NCBI RefSeq assembly: GCF_001194135.2
Contig: NC_068991.1
Span: 34,256,251 to 34,304,424, forward strand
Reading direction: 5' to 3'
Source: Octopus bimaculoides
Taxonomy: Eukaryota
Length of the DNA stretch: 48,174 nucleotides
Numbering within the stretch: position 1 is the stretch's first letter; the number at the start of each line of letters is the position of its first letter. Shown here piece by piece: positions 13,010 to 24,753 of the stretch. A program made the position numbers and the translations under genes. The notes beneath the pieces are model-generated. The model did not search any database, was not told the origin of the DNA, and was given only the letters and a program-made list of their open reading frames with translations.

Positions 13010-13570
13010 AACTGTAATAATAGTAGTAATGATTGTTAGAATAGCAATTCCAGTAATAGCAGTGATAATAATGACAATGATAGCTGTAAATCAAGTAATA
13101 GTAAGAAGAAAAGGAAAAACAACATTAACAACAGAAACAATAATATTAATGGTAATAATAATAACAGATATGACACAAATAGTAATGGTACAGCTCTTTA
13201 AAAAATGCAATTGTTGGGACTGAGCTAATTTTCCACTTAGTGGTTCCTGCTTCACAAATAATATCGTTTACAAATGTACCATAAAAACCAGTACTAACAC
13301 CTTCACCTACATAGGCAGCTCAGCATGTGACTTTAAAGTGAGATTGCATAATCTCATCTCCTCATTTAAACACTGACATTAGGTTACTAGCACCTCTTTA
13401 GCTTTGAAAAGTTGGCAGTTAAAAGAAGATAATATTCAATTTGAGATTATCTGGGACATTGTTCGAAATAGATACGGCTGCAAATTATGCTGCACTAACC
13501 TCTATGAGATAGTAAAGCATCAGTTCAGCTTACTAAATAAGAAATCAGAACTTCGGCTGATTTGATTGCA
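13010..13570 (+). mobile_element. Penelope-like element remnant: Asn/Ser-rich linker plus GIY-YIG endonuclease
   Basis: CNCWD*ANFPLSGSCFTNNIVYKCTIKTSTNTFTYIGSSACDFKVRLHNLISSFKH...SWQLKEDNIQFEIIWDIV...CKLC matches the PLE GIY-YIG layout. Confidence 0.8.
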
Positions 13571-13759
13571 CAAAGTTTATCAAGTATTTGCATACTTTAA
13601 ACCAATTATATAATTCTGTAATCCTTAGTTTAAATCACCTTTTAGTTAACCAAAGTAATATCATAAACCTACTCCCTAGATTCTTTGTTGACAATCTCAT
13701 ATTGACTGTAATTTCTGGCATTAGTCACTATTTGCAACTTACTTGAATTTGTCATGTAA

Positions 13760-16700
13760 GGTAATATAGTGTATGACCTCATTTTTCAGGCCTTCATTCC
13801 TCACTTGACAAGCATACACGACTGCAAACATTGCAGACCAAGCTTACCCCATTCACTATACGAGTTGTGCAAAAGTGCATGGCTTGCTTAAGTTCTTCAT
13901 GCTGGATAAGTGCTCTCTCAAAAGTGTCAATCCCCTCCTTTAACCTGTTTCCTCCATCTGTGGCGATGACAGGCATTGTTCTTCCAGTCAGTGTCCTGCA
14001 TATCACAGGCCTTTAATGAGGACTTGACACAGTCCTTAAATCACAGCCTTGGTTTCTGCCGGAGTCTCCTTCCATTCACAAGTTCTCCATATAGCATCTG
14101 CTTAGGAATCCTGCTATCCTTCATTCTAATAAGATGTCCAGTCCAACGTAACCAGTGCTTGTGCACCATCGCCTCAATATTCAAGCAAGATATCAGCTGT
14201 CCCTAGGACCTGTGTGTCTGGAATTTTTGAGGTCCAACCAGCATTGGGAATGTGTCTGAGACATCTCTGATGAAAGCGTTCAAGGATCCTTACCTGGTGT
14301 TTATACAGAGTCCATGTCTCACATGAGTAGAGGAGCGATGTCAGTACATATGCACGGTACACAGCAACTTTTGTTTGCCTTGCGATACCATGCTGGGACC
14401 AGACACGAGACTGAAGAGACTGGAAGGAATTAGTTACTCTCTGCAACCTGAAAGATATTTCCTCATCCAGGGAGCAAGAACGGCTGAGTGTGCTGCCCAG
14501 GTAGACAAACTTTGAATTGGCAGCAAATCGGCGAAGATTAAAGAGGCAGCCAGCAGATCGATATCTGACATATATTCCCAGAGAGCTAACCTTAGCAAAA
14601 GCATGAGTAAAAGCAACAGCAAAGTACAAAGAAAAGAGAGTTGGGGCAAGGATGTCCACCCTGCTTGACACCGTTCTCTACAGGAATGAGTCCCACCATG
14701 CCTCCACCAACATTGACCCAAGCCTCCATCCCATCATGAAATGATTTAATTATAGATACAAAGTGATCCGAACATCCAAGTTTGCCAAATATTTTCCATA
14801 GAAAGGCCCTATTTACAGTATCAAAAGCCTTTGTTAAATCAATGAATACCTGGACAAGTTCCATATTCTGCTCATAGCACTTCTCCTGCATCTGTCTTGC
14901 TGTGAAAATCATATCCATTGTCCCTCTACCAGATCGGAAGCCACATTGAGATTCAGATAGGACATCATTTACGAGACACCCATTCAGACAGGTAAGAAGA
15001 ATATTTGCCAGAACCTTACTAGCAGCTGATAGTAGAGCAATACCTCTGTAGTTACCACACATTGCTCTGGCTCCTTTTCCTTTATAGAGAGGAAGAATAA
15101 TTGCAATCTTCCAGTCCTTAGGCATTGCACCATCCCTCCAGACTGCACTAATAAGTTCATGAAGGGACCTCACCACAAATTCGCAAGACCTCAAGACCTC
15201 AGCACAAATTCCATCCTTTCCAGGTGCCCTACCAAGATTCAATTTATTTATTAATGTCATTACTTCATTTATTGAGGGCGAGGAGTCTAAGGAGCCAATG
15301 ATAGGTCTTTACTGCATAGTATCAATCACTGTTTCATGCACAACTGACTCATGGTTTAAGAGTTCAGAGAAGTGTTCAATCCAGCCACCTGTGATTTCTG
15401 TTGATTTAGTAAACAGAGTAGATGACTCTTTGGAAAGCAAAGGAGCTGATGTGGAGCTCTTAGGTCCATAAGCTCACTTCATAAGATGGTAAAGCTTCTT
15501 GCTGTCATTTGCATTAGCAGCAGCCTGAACATCACAAGCAAGATCCTCCCACCAAGTGTTCTGCATCTTCCTGAGAGATCGCTGCAGTAGTGATTTTACA
15601 CTGCTATAGTGGGCAAGTGTTAGACTTCGCTGCACAGTAGACAGTTCTCTGTGTAGAAATACATTGTGGGCATGGCGCTTTACCACCAATAGTCGCTGAA
15701 CTTTAGCATCATTTTCATCAAACCAGTCTCTGTGTCTGGCAGTGGCATATCCCGGTGTTTCAGCTGCACATTGAAGAACCTGTTCTCAAAAATCTTCCCA
15801 TGCTGCAGTATTTTTAATGCTGGACAAGCGAGTCTGAAGCTCTTTCCTAACCACAACATCATATACCTTGTGGACATTCAGATGTCAAGGAATGCTAACT
15901 GGTCCTCTTCTCTCTTTCACTCTAATCATCATCCGGAACTTTGCTCGCACCAGACTGTGGTTCTTCCAGCATTTTGATCCATGAAAAGATTTGACATTAC
16001 AAATGTCATAGATGTCATGCTTGCGGATGATGACATAATCCAGCAAGTGCCAAACTTTAGACCTTGGATGCATCCACGTTGTTGTGTGATCACCTTTGTG
16101 CATAAAATGAGTGCTTGTGATGTAAAGTCCATGTTCTTCACAAAGCTCCAGTAGCATGAGACCATTGCTATTCATTTTCCTTACTCCAAAACGTCCTAGA
16201 GAGTTCCATGTTTGCCAGTCTGTTCCAACCCTGGCATTAAAATCCCCCAGTAGAATGACTTTATCAGAATTGGGGATTTTTCTAAGTATGGCTCTCAGCT
16301 GGGTATAAAATATTGTTTTATCTTCATCACAGCTAGTCAAAGTAGGTGCATAGGCACTTATTAGAGTAGCAAACCACCTACCTTTCAGGTGCAACTGTAG
16401 AGTCATTATACGTTCATTTATAGGAACAGGGAGCTCTTCCAACTTCTTAAGGATATCAGATCGAACTGCAAAACTAACACCAGCCTCTCTGCGCTCCTCC
16501 TTCTGCCTTCCCTTCCAAAAATAGTTGTATCCACCTCCTACTTCCTTAAGCTGACCATCACCTTCTATACGAGTCTCTGAGAGTGCAGCTATATCAATGT
16601 TATAATGGTTCAGCTCGTGAGCAACAAGTGCAGTGCATCATTCAGGCCTACAATCACTCTTGTTGTCCAACAGAATGCACACATTCCAACATGAAATGTT

Positions 16701-17670
16701 TAAGTTCTGTCCAGATTTTATAAATAAAAGACTCTTGGTTTTTCGAGCGCAGGATGGACATCCCTCTGTTGCGCTAAACTGACCAGATATGGAAAGACAG
16801 GCAATTTTTGGTTCACCTGTTCTAGAATCTCCCCGGCCTCTGGGTGAGCAGTGCCCTGTCTAAATGAAGCTGCTCAGACACCCATGCAGCAACCGAATCG
16901 TACCACTGTCTTAGGCGACAAGGAGATGACTTTATATCTAGCATGGGCCACCTGCATGCAGGTCGCTGACTACATGCTTCTAACCCATCAGGTCTACATG
17001 CTACACCACCTTCCCATCACCACAGGACTTCCAAATAAAAAAAAAACTAGAAATATATAAATATATACTAAAAATGAAGAAAATATATACTAAAAATAAG
17101 ATAAATATATATAGGGGGAAAAAAATGCACATATCTAGCAGAGGTCGGCAATGCCTGTGAAGTGTTTTAGGTCCAATAAGGCTTGCACAACACCTCATAG
17201 ATCCTCTCCACTTTATTGACATTATCCAAAGACAAGCTGGAGCAAGATGTCTGGTGCCAATATGAGTCACAGGCTCAGGGATGTGGGAGTGCCATGATCT
17301 CTAGCACAAGCCAAAGATCCTCAAAATTTCCAATACCATTCCCTGTATATCTGGTTTTATATCAGAGTGACCTTCTCCTAGAGACATGCTTCAACAAAAG
17401 CTGAAGGGTGCCTCACTCCCAGTGGTCTTTCAGCATGCCGGACACCATCCTGGAATTTCTGCGTTCCCGTGCTATTGCTAGATAGCCGTTGAGCCTACAC
17501 TAGGTCCATCTGAGCATTCAACAGGTCTTGTTTTTAATTCTGCTGAGTTTCTAGCAACCCTCCTCACCAAGATTGCCTGTTGAGGGTGCCAGTTTAGTCA
17601 CTGGCAACCCGACCATGCAACAGGTTGTACTGGATTACATGTTACCAGTAGCACTTATGAGAGCCTCATA
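13760..17670 (-). mobile_element. Near full-length but inactive RTE-clade LINE (5' UTR, APE endonuclease, RT, C-terminal Cys motif)
   Basis: APE: ISAYAPT...VILLGDFNARVG...WHLLDYVI; RT: APGKDGI, NYRGIALLS, QCGFRSGRGT, FIDLTKAFDTV, GVKQG; YLGSTLS...LLYSCETW; CNVCSRVC. YADD region deleted near 14517; stops and frameshifts. 5' boundary (16740-17670) is approximate. Confidence 0.9.
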
Positions 17671-17730
17671 AGTGACCTGACATACATACATACATACATG
17701 TATATATATGTGTGTGTGAGTGTGTGTGTG

Positions 17731-18145
17731 GCCCTGCTCTAACTGTAGAAAAGGTGTAGGTAGAAAGATGTGCCCAGTGTAAGCCATAGACACATAAGAG
17801 GTGCAGTAACATCAAAGGAAGGTTAACCGGGAAGATAGCTTTTGTGTGTGACAGATGCACAGGGGCAATAAACACCGCAGATGCTCAGAAAACTGATTCC
17901 ATCACATGCCAAGGGGAGAAACTAGAAGTAGTTGATAGCTTCCACTACCTCGGTAACCAAGTCTGTAGTGGGGTTGGATGTGCAGAGAGTGTTGCCACTA
18001 GAATAAGAATAGCCTGGGCAAAGTTCAGAAAGCTCCTACCTCTACTGGTGACAAAGGGCTTCTCGCTCAGAGTATAGGTAGATTGTACGATGCAAATGTG
18101 TGAACTGCCATACTACATGGCAGTGAAACATGGGCCATGACTGCT
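17731..18145 (+). mobile_element. RTE LINE fragment of a second family (post-RT region)
   Basis: CQGEKLEVVDSFHYLG...RIRIAWAKFRKLLPLLVTKGFSLRV...HGSETW. Confidence 0.85.
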
Positions 18146-18198
18146 GTTATTACAATAAACATTTACATTATAGTTGGCCTGAATAGGAAAAATATAGC

Positions 18199-18379
18199 TG
18201 TTGTGGGGATAATAGTAATAATGGTACACCCCTCACACATGACATGTAGTATGTGCTAGCTGCTATAAATAAGGTGACATCAGTCAGTATATGAGAGAGT
18301 ACACAGTAGATGTTCTTAGATAGTTGTGTCTTTACTGGTCTAACAACTGTACTGCTATACCAGAGTGGGCGTTATAACA
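18199..18379 (+). repeat. 5' LTR (181 bp, TG...CA)
   Basis: Starts TGTTGTGGGGATAATAGTAATAATG, contains TATAAATA, ends TATAACA; degenerate PBS-like GGCGATGAAG/TGGTGATGAAG follows; the first 25 bp recur at 22603-22627. Confidence 0.8.
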
Positions 18380-21300
18380 ATCCAACATTAAAGGCGATGA
18401 AGTGGTGATGAAGAATTAACAAGCACACAAAAATCTTTTTGTGTGAATTTTACGGAAAAAGAGATGGTAAAATTATGGAAAATTTGTTGGCCAGTTTGCT
18501 TGAGTTGCAAAATCAGCAACAACAACAACTGAAAGAACTACAACGGCAGCAGTGACAACTGCGAGAACAACAGCAGAAGCAACAACAACAACAAATACTA
18601 TTAGAGCAACAAATGCTACTATTAATGTCAGGAAATGCTGAAACGATGTTCTCGCCAGATTATGTTGCAAACTCGATAACAGAGTTTAAGTATGAATCAA
18701 ATGAAGGAGTTATCTTCGAGGCTTACTATAGAAGATATGAAAAAAATCTTCAATAAAGAGTGCAAAGATTGGGATGACAATATGAAAACTCATTTAATCT
18801 TAAGAAAACTGGCAGCAGGAGAATATGAGCATTGTAAAATTTTTATTGAGAAAAGCTAGTTGTTCAATACATGTTCGAAATGTTTGAACCTAGAAAAGGA
18901 CAGCAAGGAAGACTACATCACATATGGTAGAGTTAACAGGGAATGTGATATGTTCAAGCTGGACGAATTAACGCCAGATATGTTCAAGTGCCTGATATTT
19001 ACTCAGGGACTAACTGCAGAAAAAGACACAGAAGTAAGAACAAGAATTCTCGCTAAGCTGGAACAAAACCAGGATATAACCTTTCAACAAGTGTCAGAAG
19101 AGTGTGAAAGAATTGTAAATTTAAGACATGACACAGAGAAAATTGAACATAAAGATTGTTCCCAAGTGCATTGGAAAATACAAGACAAGCAGAATAGAAA
19201 TCAAGTGTGTACTAAAATACAGTAGAAACAGGACAAAAAGCAGGAAACAAACCCATGTTTTGCATGTGGAGCTTTATACCTGAGAAAAAATAATTCCCAT
19301 TTAAGTATGTGGAATGTTTCCGTTGTGGGAAAATTGGACATGTAAAAGCACATTGTAAAACCAGCATGACAAAATGTTGGAATAAAGGAAAAAAGTATAA
19401 ACAAGATGTCGAAGGAAAATGGTAATATGATGAAAAGGAAATTTGTAAATGTGAAAATTAAAAATATAAGAGTACAAATGCTGTCAAACACTGGAAGTGA
19501 TATTACCATTGTGAATTTAAAAACTTGAAGGTATATCGGTAAGCCAAAATTAAGTAACTCTACAAAAGTAGCATGCAGTGTTACAGGTAAAAGATTGTAT
19601 TTTGTTGGCAAATTTGTGTGTAATGAGACATTTCATGACCAAATGCAAAAGGCAAAAGTATGTGTTAAATAATTCAGTTAATCTATTTGGTACAGAGTGG
19701 ATGGAACTGTTCAAAGTGTGGATTACGCATATAAGTGTTTTGTGTAGGAATATAGTCGATTCAGTCAAAGGTTCAATTGATTGAGGGATTGAAATGAAAA
19801 ATAAAACATTTATTTCCAGATGTTTTCTTGGATGAACTGGGTTGCTGCTCAACAATGAAGGCAAAAATTGCAGTAAAACAAAGTACAACACCTGTATTTA
19901 AGCCAAAACGGAATGCACTGTTTCATATCATAGAACAAGTAAATAAGGAATTTGAAACTTGAAAGCCTAGGAATATTCTAGAAGCAGCACCTATAGTCTA
20001 TGTAAAAAGTAAAAATAATAGGTTAAGAGTTTGTGCAGATTTTTCAATGAGGTTGAATGATTGCTTAATTTTACATAACTACTCATTGCTGAGTCCTGAG
20101 GAAGTGTTCGCAAAATTGAATGGAGGGAAATTCTTCTCGATATTAGACCTCTCGGAGGTGTATCTACAAATCCAAGTAGAAGAATACTCACACTTGTTAA
20201 CCATTAATACACACCATGACTTATTCAATTCTAAGTGGATTCCCTTCAGTGTAAAAGTGTCCCCTTCCATATTTCAACAAGTAAGGGATACAATGCTGGC
20301 AGACTATGATTTTTGCTATTGCTGTTTAGACAATATCCTAAGTTAAGTTAAGTGAAGCAAAATGCAAGTTCTTTCAGAAAAAATATTAAATACTTGGACC
20401 CGATAATAGATAAAAACAGACAGAAACTAGATCCATTCAGAGCAACTGCAATAAAAAATATACCCATACCAAATAATGTGATTATGCTACAAGCATTCTT
20501 GGGTTTAGTAAATTACTATCAAATTTACATTCCCAATATAGACAATGTAAGGGCCTTGCTAAATAATTTGTTAAATGCAAAATGGTACTGGACTTATTAA
20601 CCATTAATACACACCAAGACTTATTTAAATCTAAGTGGATTCCCTTTGGTGTAAAAGTGTCCCCTTCCATATTTCAACAAGTAATGGGTACAATGCTGGC
20701 AGACTGTGATTTTTGCAGAAGGCATTTGACAAATTGAAAAACATTTTGATATTGAACTTAGCATTAATGCATTTTGATCTGAAATTAGATATTATATTGG
20801 TTACAGATGCAAGTGATTACAGTGAGGGAGCAGTGCCCTCGCACAAATATGACAACATGAGTATAAAGGCTATAGCCCATGCATCATGGTCCTTATTACC
20901 AGTTGAAAGGAACTATAGCCAAATAGAAAAGGAAGCATTAGCAATCATATTTGGTGTGAAACAATTCCATAGATTTATTAATGGAAGAAGTTTCTATCTA
21001 CAAACAGATCATTGCCCACTACTGTCAATATAAGGTTCCAAAAGAGGAATACCAACATATACAGTGAATACACTACAGTGATGGGGCATTACATTATTGA
21101 AATATGATTACAAAATGGAATATTTACCATCAAAAAAACTAGGGCATGCAGATGGGTTGTCCAGACTGGTACTGAAATACTGCAAGCTATTCGAAAATAC
21201 AGTAATCATAGCATTAAGATCAGAAGGAGAAATAAAAAATGTGGAATGCAAAATACCAGTAACCCTAGAAAACATAAAATGAAATGTGGAAAAGGACAAA

Positions 21301-22627
21301 TTTATAACAGAAATGAAAAGACTACTGTGGACAGGAAAAGTAAATAGGAACAGGATTGGTGCAAAACAAAACCAAGACAATAATCTGTACTCAATTTGTG
21401 ATGGTATACTGATGTATGCACAGAGAGTATTACTACCTTAAACATTGCAAAAGAAAATGTTGAAGGAATTCCATTTTGGACATCCTGGTATTTCCAAGAT
21501 GAAAGCTTAAATGCGTAGCTACATGTACTGGCTAAAAATGGATAGAAAAATCGAAAATTTAGTGAAAGCCTGTAGAGGATGTGCCCTAGCAGCAAAATTA
21601 CTGTGGATAAAAGTGAACCTTGGCCAAAAGTAAATGTGCTGTGGTTGAAACTACACATCAGTTTCACTGGTCCCTTAAATGGTTCATACTACTTAATGTT
21701 AGTTGATAGTCTCTCTAAATGGCCAGAAATTTGTAAGGGTAAAAAGCCAACCTTATCAACGGTGACAAATTTTCTACCTGAGCTGTTTGCGAGATTTGGT
21801 GTCCCAGACGTGATAATGTCTGACAATGGAACACAATTTGTGTTGTTTGAGTTTAAAAAGTTTCACAAAAGATTTGCTGTAGAACATGTAACTACAGTAC
21901 CATACCATCCTAGATCTAACGGACAAGCAGAACACTTTGTCGTTACTTTCAAGAGAGCCCTAAGAAAGTTGAATAAGGAAGTCATGGATAAGGTAGCTCT
22001 ACAACAGTTTTTAAGAGTATACCGTGTGACACCAAATCCAAACACACCAGCAGGTATGTCACCAGCAAAGCTGATGTTTGTGAGGAAAATATAATCAGTC
22101 TTTGACAAATTACTACCTGGTAAGAAAAAAAATTGCAATGGATAATACAGCAAGATATTTTGAAATTGGTGAAAAAGTATTTGTTAGGGCATATAAGAAT
22201 CAAAAACAAAGTTGAGAATATGGTATGATTACCAAACACATAGGAAAAATGCTATACTTGGTGAAAGGAAGAAAAGGGGTATACATGAGATATGTAAACT
22301 AACTAAAAAGAGATTTGTTGAGAGCGAACCCAAGAGAATGGAAGATCCAATGGAATAGTTATATGATACTTTTCAAGTACCAATGCCACTACAAATAATT
22401 GAACTCAGACACACAAACAAAAGAAAAAGAAAATATATGGAGTTTCTGGAAGTGGATGCCAAATGAAATAAAACGTTAAATTTGTAACTGTATGCAAAAA
22501 AACTCAAAAGACGGGAGGTGGGGGTGATGTAAAAATTATTGTTAATAAAAGAAATAAATATTACACTCCCAAAGAAAAAAAAGGAAAACTTAAAAGACGA
22601 GATGTTATGGGGATAATAGTAATAATG
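18199..22627 (+). mobile_element. Degenerate full-length Gypsy LTR retrotransposon (gag-PR-RT-RH-IN), 3' LTR truncated
   Basis: Q-rich Gag start near 18475, ECERIVNLRHDT, CCHC knuckles (CFRCGKIGHVKAHC), PR LSNTGSDIT, RT APIVYVK/RVCADFS/FSILDLSEVYLQI, RH VTDASDY...YSQIEKEALAIIFGVKQFH, IN HFGHPG, SDNGTQF, YHPRSNGQAE. Confidence 0.92.
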
Positions 22628-22629
22628 AA

Positions 22630-23135
22630 ATACTGTTAGCGCTCCACTGGCTCGGGTGCCAGTCATCGAATTTGGTTCAGTTTTGATCTCACTTGCCCCA
22701 ACAGGTCTTCGCAAGCTGAGTTCAGTGTCCAATGAAGGAAGGTTGGCATGGGTGCCAGTCAACGAATTTGGTTCAGTTTTCGATTTCGATTTTACTTGCC
22801 TCAACAGGTCTTCGCAAGCAGGGTTTTGTGTCCAAAGAAGGAAAGGTATGCATAAGTGGGCTGGCTACACCCCTGGTAAAGGCCATGGGTTATGGTCTCA
22901 CTTGTCTTGCCGGGTCTTCTCACGCACAGTATATTTCCAAAGGTCTCAATCACAAGTCATTGCCTCAGTGAGGCCTAATGTTCAAAGGTCGTGCTTCACC
23001 ACCTCATCCCAGGTCTTCCTGGGTCTACCTCTTCCACAGGTACCCTCAACCGCAAGGCTGTGGCACTTTTTCACACAACTATCCTCATCCATTCTTGCCA
23101 AATGACCATACCAGCGCAATCATCTCTCTTGCACA
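22630..23135 (-). mobile_element. RTE LINE 3' fragment with ~96-bp tandem unit in the 3' UTR
   Basis: Minus strand RPRKTWDEVVKHDL*TLGLTEAMT; GGGTGCCAGTCA(T/A)CGAATTTGGTTCAG units at 22654 and 22750; similar to 35726-36300. Confidence 0.8.
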
Positions 23136-23300
23136 TATATATATTATATAGTTGAAGTTTACAGAAAAAACAAGATGAAGACAGGTGTATAAACAACAAA
23201 TATGTATAGAAAATATATACATATTATATATGTATATATTATATATATATATCATATATCATACATAAGTATATAATTATATATATATTTATATATATAT

Positions 23301-23600
23301 ACTAGCAGAGGCACCCGGCGTTGCTCGGGAATGAAATTGTTGCTTATATACTTGAAGAAAAAAAGGCAAAATATGCTATATAGAAATTTGAGAGGACATT
23401 CTGGAGATGGACTCTCAGATGAATGATGGCCGGGTGCCTCTCATGAATGGGGAAAATTGAAGATGTGCCAAAAAGCCTCATTGGTACTTGGAAACTTTTA
23501 CGAAAATTAAAATGGGGATTAAATGAAAAAAATGATTTACGTGAATATCCTCACAAGAGTAATTGAAATAAATGGAGATTGTGGAGCCCCCCCACGCACG
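23301..23600 (+). mobile_element. Helitron-like non-autonomous element, 5' terminus
   Basis: ACTAGCAGAGGCACCCGGCGTTGCTCGGG inside a TA run, with subterminal CCCG/CGGG hairpin typical of Helitron/Helentron-derived repeats; 3' end not defined. Confidence 0.45.
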
Positions 23601-24150
23601 CGCGCGCGCATTTAACGTGTGTCTTTGTAAATATGTTTGTATACATTTATATGTGTGTGTTTGTAAGAGACAGAGTGTGAGTGAGAGAGAGAGGTTTGTT
23701 GTCATGTATACGTACATGCATAANNNNNNNNNNNNNNNNNNNNNNNNNNNNNNNNNNNNNNNNNNNNNNNNNNNNNNNNNNNNNNNNNNNNNNNNNNNNN
23801 NNNNNNNNNNNNNNNNNNNNNNNNNNNNNNNNNNNNNNNNNNNNNNNNNNNNNNNNNNNNNNNNNNNNNNNNNNNNNNNNNNNNNNNNNNNNNNNNNNNN
23901 NNNNNNNNNNNNNNNNNNNNNNNNNNNNNNNNNNNNNNNNNNNNNNNNNNNNNNNNNNNNNNNNNNNNNNNNNNNNNNNNNNNNNNNNNNNNNNNNNNNN
24001 NNNNNNNNNNNNNNNNNNNNNNNNNNNNNNNNNNNNNNNNNNNNNNNNNNNNNNNNNNNNNNNNNNNNNNNNNNNNNNNNNNNNNNNNNNNNNNNNNNNN
24101 NNNNNNNNNNNNNNNNNNNNNNNNNNNNNNNNNNNNNNNNNNNNNNNNNN

Positions 24151-24753
24151 NAAAACTTGTATATGCACACATGAGAGTAAGGGGACATCCGAGTAAGGCT
24201 GTGCACATGAACCCATACATATAGATGTGCATTGGAGTGCCTATAGCGACCTATCTATAGTGTTTGTAGGCTTTTTGGGTGCCTTGTATTTTTAAGGATT
24301 TTTGGACATATATCTTTTTTATATTTTTGCATGTCCCACATGCTATACCTTCATTTATGTATTCTTTATTATTATAATTTTTTTTTTCCTGCTGTACCCT
24401 TATTTTTATTTTTATTTATATTTTGATTTTAATTTATTTTTTATTTTTATTTCTATCTTATTTTTGCTGTTGTTTTTCTGTGGTCTCTACCACACCTCTG
24501 TTTTTACCTCTTGCTCTACATTTGTATGTAATCCTTTGTGAATCTCTGAAGAGGCCTAGAGGTTCGGGCATGTAACCCCATTTCAAAATGTCATCCGATA
24601 ATCACTCCGGAAAGGAATATTCGGATAGAATGGGGCTTGCTAAAACTAGGCCGAAACAGCTGTAAGATTAAACTTCTGTTCATCCTCTAGTTCCTTATGT
24701 ACTTTGTACTTCTATATGTAAACCATGTTGGCAAAATAACATAGTCTGCCATA
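24151..24753 (+). mobile_element. Probable PLE 3' end / pseudo-LTR
   Basis: Contig between gaps; possible ORF end (TCICTHESK), T-rich UTR, then a PLE-type hammerhead. Confidence 0.55.
24541..24669 (+). ncRNA. Type I hammerhead ribozyme with intact core and 100-nt stem II
   Basis: Stem I AATCT(24541-45)/AGATT(24665-69); CTGAAGA core 24546-52; stem II GGCCTAG(24553-59)/CTAGGCC(24646-52); GAAA 24653-56; minimal stem III AC-agct-GT; GUA cleavage site after 24664. Confidence 0.88.

Noticed and set aside
16850-16930. HDV-like ribozyme loop motif TCCTTGTCGC on the minus strand
   Set aside because: P3 and P1 pairings could not be completed.
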